From NCBI GenBank assembly GCA_028700425.1, contig JAQVSP010000001.1:1237-65236 (forward strand): a DNA stretch of 64,000 bases. The letters run 5' to 3'. Under the pieces are notes generated by a model. That model had not been told where the DNA came from. It made no database searches and was given only the letters and a program-made list of their open reading frames with translations. The translations under genes were made by a program, and so were the position numbers. Of the stretch, positions 44,023 through 53,890 are shown in pieces (position 1 is the first letter of the stretch; every line of letters starts with the position of its first letter). The stretch is from Sphaerochaetaceae bacterium (GTDB taxonomy: Bacteria > Spirochaetota > Spirochaetia > Sphaerochaetales > Sphaerochaetaceae).

Positions 44023-44571
44023 CTACTTTCTTCCTTCTAGATGGTCGCTTATGATGTTGTGATTTGTATATATGCAGATGTCAGCAGCAATTGAAACCGC
44101 CTTTCTGGCTATCTGCTCCGCTGTAAGGTCGTTGGGATAATCCAGGTAGGCCCTTGCTGCGCTCTGGGCGTAGTTGCCGCCGCTTCCAATCCCTATAGCG
44201 TCATACTCTGGCTCAAGTATGTCTCCTGCTCCGGAAACATAGAAGAGCTTGTCTCCATCGCTTGCCAGTATTACTGCCTCAAGCTTGCGATAGTTCCGGT
44301 CCATTCGCCATTCACGAGCCAGGCTGATTATAGCCTTTGAAAGGTCCCCTGAGGCTTCCTTAAGCTTGGACTCAAAGAGGTCGAAGAGAACAAAGGCATC
44401 GGCGACTGTGCCGGCAAAGCCTGTGATTATCTTATCATCAAAGATCCTTCGGATCTTTCTTGAGTTTCCCTTGACAACTGTATCGCCGCTTGTAGCCTGT
44501 CCATCGCCAGCTATGGCGACCACGCCGCCCTTGCGCACGGCGCATATTGTTGTTCCTTCCAGCTTATTCAT
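44023..44571 (-). CDS. hslV: ATP-dependent protease subunit HslV
   Basis: MNKLEGTTICAVRKGG (catalytic Thr) and GSGGNYA. Start trimmed to the ATG at 44571 (GGAG upstream). Confidence 0.9.
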   Translation of the reverse strand: MNKLEGTTICAVRKGGVVAIAGDGQATSGDTVVKGNSRKIRRIFDDKIITGFAGTVADAFVLFDLFESKLKEASGDLSKAIISLAREWRMDRNYRKLEAVILASDGDKLFYVSGAGDILEPEYDAIGIGSGGNYAQSAARAYLDYPNDLTAEQIARKAVSIAADICIYTNHNIISDHLEGRK

Positions 44572-45460
44572 CGCTCTTTCTCCCATGTGGATGGCTTGCG
44601 TTATAGACATCCCTTAATCTTTTGCTTGACACATGAGTGTAGATCTGGGTGGTGGATATGCTGCTGTGTCCCAGCATCTCCTGCACAAGCCTTATCCCAG
44701 TGTCGTTGTCCAGCATATGAGTTGCAAAGCTGTGGCGCAGAGTGTGGGGAGAAAACTGCTTGGTAAGCCCCATTTCTTCCTTGGTCCTGTAAAAAATACA
44801 ATGAACTTGTGAAACAGACAACTGTTTTCCCTTTGAATTCAGAAAAAGCCATCTCTGCTCATCAGTGCACAGCGTGCCTCGAAGCTTCAGGTATTGTCTG
44901 AGTACCTGCTCACACCTTGGCGTGAAAAAGCACCAGCGCTGTTTGCTCCCCTTTCCAGTGACTAGAATCTGCCTTGCCTCAAGGTCCATGTCATCCAGCC
45001 TTGCATCTATGGCTTCGCTGAGCCTGCAGCCTGTGCTGTAGAAGAAGTTGAACAGGGCAAGGCTCAGCAGATCGTCATAGCTTTCCCAGTCTCTGTTGAT
45101 CAGCCTTGATACCTCCTCCTCGCTCAGGACGCTTGGAAGCCTTCGCTGTCTCTTCGTGGAAGCTATGCGTGCAAAGGGATTCGACTTGAGCCGCATATGG
45201 GAGCATTGATAGGAGAAGAAGCTTCTCAGGGCGCAGAGCATGCGGTTTGTCGAGGAGACGGCCAGGCCCTTGGAAAGAAGCTCTCCGGAGAGCTGGCGTG
45301 CATCCTGGTAGGTGAAGTCCTCCAGGCTTATTGATCTAAGCCTAGTGAACTCAACAAGATGGCTCAGGTCCCTTCGATAGGCATCTACAGTGTTTTGACT
45401 CTTGCCTCCTACATTTCTCAGGAACTCCAGATAGTCCTTGACTTCCTTTTCAGTATCCAT
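44564..45460 (-). CDS. xerC: tyrosine recombinase XerC/CodV-like
   Basis: N-terminal SAM-like domain (SQNTVDAYRRDLSHL) and C-terminal R..HxxR..Y residues (TLRHSFATHML...GHSSISTTQIYTHV). The symbol is assigned from its position immediately upstream of hslV. Confidence 0.75.
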   Translation of the reverse strand: MDTEKEVKDYLEFLRNVGGKSQNTVDAYRRDLSHLVEFTRLRSISLEDFTYQDARQLSGELLSKGLAVSSTNRMLCALRSFFSYQCSHMRLKSNPFARIASTKRQRRLPSVLSEEEVSRLINRDWESYDDLLSLALFNFFYSTGCRLSEAIDARLDDMDLEARQILVTGKGSKQRWCFFTPRCEQVLRQYLKLRGTLCTDEQRWLFLNSKGKQLSVSQVHCIFYRTKEEMGLTKQFSPHTLRHSFATHMLDNDTGIRLVQEMLGHSSISTTQIYTHVSSKRLRDVYNASHPHGRKSDE

Positions 45461-45464
45461 GGCT

Positions 45465-46223
45465 CTAGAATATATCAAAACCCACCTTGATGAGAAGCAT
45501 GGCCATGACAATGAGCATCATAGGCTTTACAGCCGCAGCTCCTTTCTTGACCACAAGCCTGGAGCCCAGGAAATTGCCAAGCATTGAGCAAAGCGCACAG
45601 GGGATGGCGACCTGGTAGACCACAACCTTATTGATTATGAATGTTGCCAGCGCCGCTGCATTGCTTGACAGGTTCACCAGCTTGGCATTGCCGCAGCTTT
45701 TCCTGGAATCCAAGGATATAACCAAGGCAAACATCAAGGTCAGGAACATCCCGGTCCCAGGCCCAAAGAAGCCGTCATAAAATCCAATGAGGATTGAGAA
45801 GGCCAGGCATATAAGGATTCTCGCACCTGTAATCCTGACCTCTCTGCCTTCATGGTCCCAGTCCTTCTTGAAGATAGTTATTACAGCAAGCGCCGGCACA
45901 AGGATGAAAAGCATTATTGCAAAGGCCTTTTCGTCCATCAGCAGCGAAACCCTGGAGCCGAAGGCCGAGCCCACGAAGGCGCCAATTACGCTGGATACAG
46001 CTGTCCTTGGCTCAAAATCCCTCTCATGAACGTACTGGGCTGAGGCAATCAGGCTTCCGCTGAAGGAGGAGAACTTATTGGTGCCCAGGGCATAATGGGA
46101 CGGAATGCCAAAGGCTACATAGGCCGAAAGGCTTATCAAGCCACCCCCTCCTGCAATTGAATCAATAAAGCCGGCCAGCCCGACAATCAGGCATAGAATA
46201 ACCAGCATCCAGCCGTCAATCAT
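45465..46223 (-). CDS. TauE/SafE family anion exporter membrane protein
   Basis: 252 aa, about 8 TM helices, Gly-rich repeats (GGGGLISL, GPGTGMF). Confidence 0.75.
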   Translation of the reverse strand: MIDGWMLVILCLIVGLAGFIDSIAGGGGLISLSAYVAFGIPSHYALGTNKFSSFSGSLIASAQYVHERDFEPRTAVSSVIGAFVGSAFGSRVSLLMDEKAFAIMLFILVPALAVITIFKKDWDHEGREVRITGARILICLAFSILIGFYDGFFGPGTGMFLTLMFALVISLDSRKSCGNAKLVNLSSNAAALATFIINKVVVYQVAIPCALCSMLGNFLGSRLVVKKGAAAVKPMMLIVMAMLLIKVGFDIF

Positions 46224-47106
46224 CCTTGCGCTCCTTTGACAGAGGATGATGCTTCAGGAACTCCCTTTTCAGATCATCGTTGTCTACATGGGTATAGATC
46301 TGGGTTGTTCTCAGGTCGCTGTGTCCAAGAAGCTCTTGGACGACCCTGAGATCAGCTCCTCCGCGAAGCATATGGGTGGCATAGCTGTGGCGCAGGGTAT
46401 GGACCTTTGCGTTTACTCCGCAGGCCTCTCTAATCTGGGAGAAGCGCTTCCATATCTCAGCTCGGGTGAGCTTGTTGCCTCTCCTTCCTATAAAAAGGCT
46501 GGAGCATTTAGGCTTAAGAAGGGGCCTAGAATAGCGAAGGTACTGGTCAAGCCTTTCCATGGCAACCTGCCCTATGGGAACACGCCGTTCCTTGTCGCCC
46601 TTTCCGATTACCCTGAGGCTTGCCTGGCGCAGGTCCAGGTCGCTTAGCTTAAGGGAAGCTGCCTCGCTTATCCTAAGACCGCAGGAATAAATCAGCTCAA
46701 AGAGAGTCCTGTCCCTGATGGAAAGCGGATCTTCGCCCTTTATTGAGTCGAGAAGCTTGTCTACATCATCGTAGTCCATGGCCTTGATCATTGGTCTTGA
46801 GACCTTGGTCTTCATTACAAGAAGATCTGGGTTGTCTGGCCTTATATCCTCATCCTGTATGTAGCGAAAGAAGCTTGCAAGGCTTGTCTGAATGCGAGAA
46901 ACGGTCCTTGGACAAAGACCGTTTCCCCTCTTGCTGATATAAGCCTCTATGTCTGAGGCATCTACGTCCTCAATTTCCTTGTCTAGGCTCTGCAGAAAAA
47001 GCCGAGCCTCTCTTTTGTAGCTCTCTATAGTAGCCTTGGCAAGCCTTCTCTCTATCAGAAGATGGCTTGCATAAGCATCCAGAAGGTCGCTGTAGGCTGG
47101 GCTCAT
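46216..47106 (-). CDS. xerD: tyrosine recombinase XerD-like
   Basis: ERRLAKATIESYKREARLFL, plus TLRHSYATHMLRGGADLRVVQELLGHSDLRTTQIYTHV. Start trimmed to the ATG at 47106 (ATGA overlap with the ftsZ stop). Confidence 0.75.
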   Translation of the reverse strand: MSPAYSDLLDAYASHLLIERRLAKATIESYKREARLFLQSLDKEIEDVDASDIEAYISKRGNGLCPRTVSRIQTSLASFFRYIQDEDIRPDNPDLLVMKTKVSRPMIKAMDYDDVDKLLDSIKGEDPLSIRDRTLFELIYSCGLRISEAASLKLSDLDLRQASLRVIGKGDKERRVPIGQVAMERLDQYLRYSRPLLKPKCSSLFIGRRGNKLTRAEIWKRFSQIREACGVNAKVHTLRHSYATHMLRGGADLRVVQELLGHSDLRTTQIYTHVDNDDLKREFLKHHPLSKERKDD

Positions 47107-48299
47107 TGCTCGTTTTTCTTTGCACCATAGCGCAGTATTGCTGGAACGCTGAAGTCCTTGAGATCGGCATCCCTGTAGCCGCCCTGGCTTGAGATCTTGT
47201 TCTGAAGATCCTGCCAACGGTTGACGGTTATAACCTCAGGCTTGGGCACTGTAGGCTCAGGAGCCTTGTAAGGCTTGTCCTGCTCGCCAGCTGCCGAGGC
47301 TGAAGCTTCCTCGAAGGTAGGCTCAGCTGCCTTGAAGCCGGTGGCTACCACGGTGACCTTTATCTGGTCTCCAAGCTCAGGCTTGAAGGCCTGGCCGCTG
47401 ATAATAAGGGCCTCTGGATCGCACTTCTTGCTGATAAGGTCCACCACAACCTGGTATTCCTCAAGAGTAAGGTTCTCTCCTCCTGTCAGGTTTACAAGAA
47501 CAGCCTTGGCTCCTTCTATTGTGGCATTCTCTAAGAGAGGATTGCTTATAGCCTGGGTTGCAGCATCTACAGCCCTGTTGGCTCCCTCGCCAAGCCCGAT
47601 GCCCATCAGGGCATCGCCCTTGTTGCTCATGACAGTTCTCACATCGGCAAAGTCGATGTTTATCTCGCCGGGCTCAGTTATGAGCTCGGTTATTCCCTGA
47701 ACGCCCTGGCGAAGCACATCGTCAGCCATCAGGAAGGCCTGCTTTATCGGGGTGGCCTTGTCTGCAACCTTCAAGAGGTACTGGTTTGGGATGAGGATCA
47801 TGGTGTCCACGTTCTTGCGAAGCTTCTCGATTCCCACCTGGGCAAGCTCAAGCTTCTTCTTTCCCTCAAAGGAGAACGGCGTGGTTACAACAGCTACGGT
47901 CAGAATGCCCTCGGCTCGCGCTACCTCGGCGACAATTGGAGCGGCTCCAGTGCCGGTGCCGCCGCCCATGCCTGCGGTTATGAAGACCATATCAGTGCCC
48001 TGGAGGATCTTTCGGATCTCCTCCTTGGACTCTATTGCGGCCTTCTCACCCACTTCCGGCACGCCGCCTGCTCCCAGCCCGCCTGTAAGCTCCTTTCCAA
48101 TTGGAAGCCTGATCTGGGCGTTGGACCTGTATAGAGCCTGCATGTCTGTATTCATCGCTACATAGGTGACCTTCTTAAGGCCATTGAGAATCATGCGATT
48201 TACAGCATTGCCGCCTGCCCCTCCAACACCGACAACCTTTATATCGGTTGGTGTTACGGGCTCTTCATATACTAGGTCTTCAACCATTCCAAAATCCAT
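47103..48299 (-). CDS. ftsZ: cell division protein FtsZ
   Basis: IKVVGVGGAGGNAVNRM and GGGTGTGAAP tubulin signature. Start trimmed to the ATG at 48299. Confidence 0.95.
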   Translation of the reverse strand: MDFGMVEDLVYEEPVTPTDIKVVGVGGAGGNAVNRMILNGLKKVTYVAMNTDMQALYRSNAQIRLPIGKELTGGLGAGGVPEVGEKAAIESKEEIRKILQGTDMVFITAGMGGGTGTGAAPIVAEVARAEGILTVAVVTTPFSFEGKKKLELAQVGIEKLRKNVDTMILIPNQYLLKVADKATPIKQAFLMADDVLRQGVQGITELITEPGEINIDFADVRTVMSNKGDALMGIGLGEGANRAVDAATQAISNPLLENATIEGAKAVLVNLTGGENLTLEEYQVVVDLISKKCDPEALIISGQAFKPELGDQIKVTVVATGFKAAEPTFEEASASAAGEQDKPYKAPEPTVPKPEVITVNRWQDLQNKISSQGGYRDADLKDFSVPAILRYGAKKNEQ

Positions 48300-48309
48300 A
48301 TCTACCTCT

Positions 48310-49557
48310 TTAGAAATTCTTCTTGAACATGCTTGCCAGAGCCTTGAATGGATTGGCTCTCTTGGCAGATGCTGAGCCTGAGGAACGCCCTGCAGGCTTT
48401 TGCGCCAGACGCGCTGCCTCATTCTTCATCAACCCAAGCACTGTGGTGTACCGGGGATCTATATAGTTGCGATCCAGGCCCTTGAGGGCTTCAGGGAAGC
48501 CTATCCTGGCTGGACATCTGAAAATCTCGCTGGCAAGCTCTGTCACTCCAGAAAGCAGAGCTCCTCCTCCGACCAATATCACCCCGCTTCCCCAGTTGGA
48601 CTGAGGATTGACCCTGTCCAGCTCGCTCTTGAGAATTGAGAAGATCTCAGCCATCCTGGGCTCAATGATCTTGCTCAGCTCGCTAAGGGGCATCTGGATC
48701 GGGGCAAGCCCGCTTACCGCGGGAATGGTGAGAATCTGGTCATGGGACACAGAGGGGGTGTAGCAGTAGCCTTTTTCGCACTTGATCTGCTCGGCAACCG
48801 ATGCAGGCTTGCCAAGTATGAAGGCTATGTCGCTTGTTATATTGAAGCCGCCAAGGTCGATGCCGCCTGTAAAGCAGGGAGTTCCATTGCTGTAGGCTAT
48901 CATGTTGGTCACATCGCGGCCGATGTTGATGACTATGGCTCCAACCTCCTTCTCCTCAGCAGAGAGCACTATCTCTGCATCAGCAAGGGAGCTGAGTATC
49001 ATCCTGTCTACAGTGTAGCCAGCTCTCTGGAGGGTCTTTCGCTCATTCTGAAGGCTCTGGGCGCTTGCGGTTATCACAAGGACCTCGGTCTCAAGCCTAT
49101 GTCCAATCATGCCCTTTGGGTTCTTTATGCTGGGAACTCCATCGACGATGAAGTTCTGCACCAGGCTATGAAGTATGGTCCTGTCAGAGCTCATGTTTAT
49201 GGCGCAAGCCACATCCACTGAATGCTTGATGTCCTCATTCTTGATTTCAAGGTCGCTGTTTCGGATTCCGACCACGCCCTGGGATTGGGTTCCCATTATA
49301 GACTTGCCGCCTACTCCGGTTATCACAGAGTCTATCTCGCAGCCGGCTTGAAGCTCGGCATCGTGTATTGTTGCAGTTATGGTCTTGAGGGCTTGCTCCA
49401 CATTCACTATGGCACCATGGCTTATGCCCTCGCTTGGCCTTTCACTTATGCTTTCAATAGTCAAGGCACCCGACTCGCGGGCAATCGAGCCTATTACAGC
49501 CCTCACCTTAGAGGTTCCAAGATCCAAGGTCATCAGCATTTTATCAGCAGGCATCAT
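48310..49557 (-). CDS. ftsA: cell division protein FtsA
   Basis: Actin-fold motifs LDLGTSKVRAVIG, IDLGGFNIT and VGGGALL, plus a C-terminal amphipathic tail. Confidence 0.9.
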   Translation of the reverse strand: MMPADKMLMTLDLGTSKVRAVIGSIARESGALTIESISERPSEGISHGAIVNVEQALKTITATIHDAELQAGCEIDSVITGVGGKSIMGTQSQGVVGIRNSDLEIKNEDIKHSVDVACAINMSSDRTILHSLVQNFIVDGVPSIKNPKGMIGHRLETEVLVITASAQSLQNERKTLQRAGYTVDRMILSSLADAEIVLSAEEKEVGAIVINIGRDVTNMIAYSNGTPCFTGGIDLGGFNITSDIAFILGKPASVAEQIKCEKGYCYTPSVSHDQILTIPAVSGLAPIQMPLSELSKIIEPRMAEIFSILKSELDRVNPQSNWGSGVILVGGGALLSGVTELASEIFRCPARIGFPEALKGLDRNYIDPRYTTVLGLMKNEAARLAQKPAGRSSGSASAKRANPFKALASMFKKNF

Positions 49558-50255
49558 TCCTCCGAAGCTTCTTGCACAAGTGCATCTTCATATAAGCTGA
49601 ACCGGCCATCTGAGACAGGGCTTTGCTGAACCTTGGCCCAGGCTGCATTGAGCTTGGCCAAGCCAACTGGGTCCTTGACGCTTAGGCTTGCTCTATCTGA
49701 ATAGAATGTCCAGGTTCCAAAATCTTCATCTGGATTATACACATAATCCTGACGGCATATCAAGGATTGTGACTGATCAAGGTTCTCGTTATAGACTCCT
49801 ATGATCCAAAGGCTCTCATCCATCCGCTTGTCCTGAAGCCAATTCATATACACAGGCTGGCACTCAAGCACCCTATGATGCTCAAGCTTCCCCAGCTCTG
49901 CCTTTCGCATATAGTCAGCCTGTGTGCACACGGCCATGCAGGATTCTCCATCGGTTGCAGCAAGCAAGCCGTCCCTGTAGGCTATGCTCACCACAAGCTC
50001 GCCTGGGAACTGGAACTCGACAAAGAATCTTTCTATGAAGGGATCGTTTGCAAAATGCGCCTTTGCCTTGCTTGAAGCTGAGAAGAGGCTCTTTCCTCTT
50101 AGGCCTTCCAGATACTTTATGTCAGCACCTTCAATGCCGGGGTTGCTTGTATTCAGCTGAAGCTTTCGAAAGCTCATTGTCATGTAGACCAGAAGGCCAA
50201 GGAGGATGACTATCAAGACCGAGACAGTTATTAGCAAGGCTGTCTTTTTCTTCAT
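49554..50255 (-). CDS. FtsQ/DivIB-like cell division protein
   Basis: Single N-terminal TM (KKKTALLITVSVLIVILLGLLVY), located between ftsW and ftsA. Start trimmed to the ATG at 50255 (ATGA overlap with ftsW, GGAG upstream). Confidence 0.6.
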   Translation of the reverse strand: MKKKTALLITVSVLIVILLGLLVYMTMSFRKLQLNTSNPGIEGADIKYLEGLRGKSLFSASSKAKAHFANDPFIERFFVEFQFPGELVVSIAYRDGLLAATDGESCMAVCTQADYMRKAELGKLEHHRVLECQPVYMNWLQDKRMDESLWIIGVYNENLDQSQSLICRQDYVYNPDEDFGTWTFYSDRASLSVKDPVGLAKLNAAWAKVQQSPVSDGRFSLYEDALVQEASEE

Positions 50256-51355
50256 AGGCTTTCTCCTCTCTCGCTGTCTCTCATCACCTTGGCTATCATA
50301 GCCGATTCCATGATGACCACCAGAAGGTTTGTTCCACCTTGTGAGAAGAATGGAAGCGGGATGCCGGTTGGAGGAAGAAGGCCTGTGACCACCGCGATGT
50401 TCACAATGGCCTGGAAGATCACCATGAAGGTGAATCCATAGCACATGTAGGAGTAGAACCGATTCCTCTCCAGCTGCCTTCTAGATGCAGAAAAGCCAAG
50501 AAAGGCGAAGGCTAGAAAGGCGCTGCAAATCAGGATTATGCCAAGCAGCCCTGTCTCTTCAGCAATGGAAGCGAAGATGAAATCGCTCTGGACCTCTGGG
50601 ATGCTTCCCAGCTTGCCTGTTCCCTTGCCTATTCCACTTCCAAGAAAAAGGCCCCTGGATATGGCTGCCTTGGCATTGGTGACCTGGTAGTTGATTCCGC
50701 TTGGATCCAGGTCTGGGAAAAGAAAGCTTGCTATTCGAAGTATCCTGAAGGGCTTCAGGGCGATGAAAAGAAGAAGCGGAACAATGCTGGCTCCGATGAT
50801 CAGGCCTGTCCACTTGAGATCAAAGCCGCCAAGCATCATCATCCCCAGGCAGGTGCCCAGGTATATGATCGAGGTTGAGAAGTCCTTCTGGGCAAGTATC
50901 AGGAGGGCAAAGGATCCAATTGCTGCAACTGTGATCGCATAGTCCCTGAGCCTGAGCTTTTCAGGGCACTTGGAGAAATACCATGCCAGAAACAGGATTG
51001 TTGAGAGCTTTACAAGCTCCGATGGCTGAAACTGGGGAAGAGGGCCTAGCTTGAGCCATCTTCTTGCTCCAAGAATTGTCTGTCCATAGCTTGTGAAGAG
51101 CGTCATGAGCATCAAGACCAGGCATAAAGCAAGAAGCGGAATGATGAAAAGCCTTATTAGGCGCTCTGGAACGGCAATAATGACAATTGAAGCAGCTAGT
51201 CCAAGAAGGGCAAAGACAGCCTGGCGCTTGAAGTAATAGGAGGCCTCCAGGCCTTCCTTGATTGCCTCATAGCTTGAGGCGCTGTACATGCACACAAGGC
51301 CATAGAGGACAAGGATGGTCACAAGAACAATGAAAATTGCGCTTCTTCTCACCAT
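50252..51355 (-). CDS. ftsW: SEDS protein FtsW
   Basis: Polytopic membrane protein with the SEDS blocks RWLKLGPLPQFQPSEL and SDFIFA...EETG. Start trimmed to the ATG at 51355 (GGAGG upstream). The 105-aa N-terminal extension in the track overlaps mraY. Confidence 0.85.
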   Translation of the reverse strand: MVRRSAIFIVLVTILVLYGLVCMYSASSYEAIKEGLEASYYFKRQAVFALLGLAASIVIIAVPERLIRLFIIPLLALCLVLMLMTLFTSYGQTILGARRWLKLGPLPQFQPSELVKLSTILFLAWYFSKCPEKLRLRDYAITVAAIGSFALLILAQKDFSTSIIYLGTCLGMMMLGGFDLKWTGLIIGASIVPLLLFIALKPFRILRIASFLFPDLDPSGINYQVTNAKAAISRGLFLGSGIGKGTGKLGSIPEVQSDFIFASIAEETGLLGIILICSAFLAFAFLGFSASRRQLERNRFYSYMCYGFTFMVIFQAIVNIAVVTGLLPPTGIPLPFFSQGGTNLLVVIMESAMIAKVMRDSERGESL

Positions 51356-52254
51356 ATCGCCTCCACAAGGATCCACAGAAGTGCACAGCCTAGCCCGATG
51401 GCTGAGAAAAGCAGGGTTATCCTGACCTCCTTGACCTTCTTCATCTGAAAAATGTGATGCAGCGGGGCGATTGGGAAGACCTTCTTTCCAAAGGCCCTGA
51501 TGCTGAATATCTGCAAGGCGGAGCTTGCCAGCTCTGCAATCATGACCAAAAGCGCAAGGGGCATTGTAATCCAGCAATCCTGAAGAAGGGCAAGCATGCC
51601 AAGCGTAGAGCCAATCAGATGGCTTCCGCTGTCGCCCATGAAGATCTTTGCTGGATTCCAGTTGAAGCATAGATAGGCAAGTATGGCTGCAAGCAGAAAA
51701 GCTGCAGGAAACACCAGGCCTGACTGGCTGAACAGGATGATGAAGGCTATGAGAGCCTCTGAGCTCAGAGTCCCAGCAAGGCCGTCAAGGCCGTCTGTAA
51801 TGTTGACTGCATTGACCACTGTCACAATGTAGAGGCATCGCATCAAGAATATCCAAGGCCCTCTGCTTTCAAGCGCTCCTAGAGTTATGGCTCCATAGAC
51901 AGCCAAGGCTGAGGCAGTGAGCTGCAGGGTGAGCTTCAGCAGGCTGGAAAGCCCATCTGAGGACTTCTTTGCAAGCTTTGAAAGATCATCAGCTATGCCT
52001 ATAAAAAAGAAAAGGCCAGAGCAGATGCAAAGCGCTGCGGTCTGCTTGGAGAAGCTGAAGAGCAAGGAGGCAGCAATGAATGCAAAGGCAATGGCGATGC
52101 CCCCAAAGGAGGACACCTTCTCCTTCTCCCTGGATTGAAAGCCAGACAGCTCAATCTTATTGGGCACATAAGCCTTACCGCTTGTCCTGACGATCAGATA
52201 ACAAGCGGCAAGGCTTAGCAGGAAGGAAGTTGGTGCTCCAAGAACAGCTGTCAT
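51349..52254 (-). CDS. mraY: phospho-N-acetylmuramoyl-pentapeptide transferase (compact, 301 aa)
   Basis: GIADD, NAVNITDGLDGLA, FMGDSGS and APLHHIF motifs. It is 50-60 aa shorter at the N-terminus than E. coli MraY. Confidence 0.85.
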   Translation of the reverse strand: MTAVLGAPTSFLLSLAACYLIVRTSGKAYVPNKIELSGFQSREKEKVSSFGGIAIAFAFIAASLLFSFSKQTAALCICSGLFFFIGIADDLSKLAKKSSDGLSSLLKLTLQLTASALAVYGAITLGALESRGPWIFLMRCLYIVTVVNAVNITDGLDGLAGTLSSEALIAFIILFSQSGLVFPAAFLLAAILAYLCFNWNPAKIFMGDSGSHLIGSTLGMLALLQDCWITMPLALLVMIAELASSALQIFSIRAFGKKVFPIAPLHHIFQMKKVKEVRITLLFSAIGLGCALLWILVEAIW

Positions 52255-53597
52255 ACTGCTTCCATCGCCTCTATCAGCCTTTCCATCTTCATGACCCTGG
52301 ATCCCTTGACAAGCAGAAGGTCGCCCTTCTTTCGCCTATCCATCATGGCATCCTTGACATTCTCGATCTCAGTGGACCAATAGGCGCTCTTATGAGCCTT
52401 CTGCAGCATCTCATAGGCGCTTTTCATGGCTTCTCCATAAAGGTAGTACTGATCAAGGCTTGTCCTTGAAAGCCTTTTTCCCAGCTCTATATGAAGATTC
52501 TCTGTTGCTGCTCCAAGCTCGCTCATGGAACCTAGCGCTGCCACCTTGCGCCCGCAGTATGGCAGGTCCTGCACAAACCCAAGTATGGGCATGAAGGAAG
52601 AGAGATTTGCGTTGTAGGTATCATCTATCAGGCAGGAATCCTTGGTCCAGATGACACGCGATCTTCCATTGATTGCCTTGACGGATTCTAGGCCGGTCTT
52701 GATGGCCTCAAGGCTGGCACCCATGTTCTGGGCAAGCCTTATTGCACCCACCGCATCTGCCAGGCAATGCCTGCCGATGAGGGAAAGCCTGATGCGCACT
52801 CCCTGATAGGAGAATGACCAGCCATCAAGGCCCCTGTCCTGGATATCGTAAATGTCCCCTAATCCATAGAAGTTGATGTCTGGGCATGAGGAGAGAACCT
52901 TCTTCTTGAAGGCGATTCCATCGTAGGCAAAAGCGCTCTGGCCTGGGGCAAAAAGCCTTGTCTTCTCTTCAGCCACGGTTTCCAGGTCCTTGAAATTGCC
53001 CAGATGGGCAGGTCCAATGGCCGTAAGAAGGCTTGACTGAGGCTTGAGAGCTTCAACCATCCTGTCCATCTCGCCGATGTGATAGATTACTATCTCAAAT
53101 ACGCCATACATAGATCCGGGCTGCGCCATGAGCATGGCTAGCGGAAGGCCTGTGGTGCTATTGTAGTTTCCTGGATTCTTGCAGGTTGGACCCATCTTCT
53201 CAAGTATTGCTGCAGTCAGCTCCTTTGTGGTGGTCTTGCCACAGGAGCCTGATATTCCTGCAGTCCTTATGCTGAGCCTGGAATAGCAATAGCCAGCAAG
53301 GTCCATAAGGGCCTGGGCTGAATCGCGAACGCTTATTACATTGGCATGCCTGTCGCCAAGGCCTCTGAGGACCTTTTCCTCGGAGGCGCTGTCGATGACC
53401 ACAATCCTTGCACCCTTGTCAACGGCTTGGCTGACATAGTCAGAGCCGTCATTGGTGCTGCCTTTAAGGGCAAAGAACACTGAGTCTCTGCCAGCAAGAC
53501 GAGAGTCTATCTGGACATTGGATGCCTTGTCCTCTTCGCAGCTTCTTATGAGCTTTCCCGAGCATGCCTTATTGATGACTTTAGTGTCAAGGTCCAT
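52251..53597 (-). CDS. murF: UDP-N-acetylmuramoyl-tripeptide--D-alanyl-D-alanine ligase
   Basis: Mur ligase P-loop GISGSCGKTTTKE and DDTYNAN, in dcw context. Confidence 0.85.
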   Translation of the reverse strand: MDLDTKVINKACSGKLIRSCEEDKASNVQIDSRLAGRDSVFFALKGSTNDGSDYVSQAVDKGARIVVIDSASEEKVLRGLGDRHANVISVRDSAQALMDLAGYCYSRLSIRTAGISGSCGKTTTKELTAAILEKMGPTCKNPGNYNSTTGLPLAMLMAQPGSMYGVFEIVIYHIGEMDRMVEALKPQSSLLTAIGPAHLGNFKDLETVAEEKTRLFAPGQSAFAYDGIAFKKKVLSSCPDINFYGLGDIYDIQDRGLDGWSFSYQGVRIRLSLIGRHCLADAVGAIRLAQNMGASLEAIKTGLESVKAINGRSRVIWTKDSCLIDDTYNANLSSFMPILGFVQDLPYCGRKVAALGSMSELGAATENLHIELGKRLSRTSLDQYYLYGEAMKSAYEMLQKAHKSAYWSTEIENVKDAMMDRRKKGDLLLVKGSRVMKMERLIEAMEAV

Positions 53598-53601
53598 TCT
53601 A

Positions 53602-53880
53602 TCACCCGAGATATCCTATATCCGCTATTGTCAGCGCCTTGAGCCTGATCTGGCTCTCTGCCAGGGCCTTGATGATGGCTTCTGGAGTCTGGCAGCTGAC
53701 CTGCTCAGAGCCCAGCTCGCTTAAGTCCTTCTGCACGCTTGCAATCTGTACGCTCATATCTTCAAGCCTTGTCTGAAGGGCAAGGTTCTGACTGGAAAGC
53801 CAGACTGGGACAAGAAGACAGATGTTGGCAAAAGCCAGCATGCATGCAACAGCCATTATCTTTCTCAGCTTTCCTTTCAT
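53602..53880 (-). CDS. FtsL-like small bitopic division protein
   Basis: 92 aa, one TM (IMAVACMLAFANICLLVPVWL) then a coiled coil, located between rsmH and murF. GGAGG SD. Confidence 0.5.
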   Translation of the reverse strand: MKGKLRKIMAVACMLAFANICLLVPVWLSSQNLALQTRLEDMSVQIASVQKDLSELGSEQVSCQTPEAIIKALAESQIRLKALTIADIGYLG

Positions 53881-53890
53881 ATGAACCTCC

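Noticed and set aside
44564-47106. Two tyrosine recombinase genes flanking a membrane protein gene could be an integrative mobile element.
   Set aside because: Both have full XerC/XerD-type domains and are translationally coupled to ftsZ and hslV. The xerC-hslV-hslU linkage is a widely conserved chromosomal arrangement. I saw no flanking direct repeats, no tRNA attachment site and no cargo genes.
50256-51670. Long N-terminal extensions in the ORF track for ftsQ (63 aa) and ftsW (105 aa). Similar extensions occur for ftsZ (41 aa, to 48422), xerD (37 aa, to 47217), xerC (17 aa), rsmH, rimM, ppdK and the sigma factor.
   Set aside because: The extensions overlap the preceding gene and have Arg/His/Gly-rich out-of-frame-like composition. 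In each case an internal ATG with a GGAG-type SD or an ATGA/TGATG coupling junction yields the canonical N-terminus.
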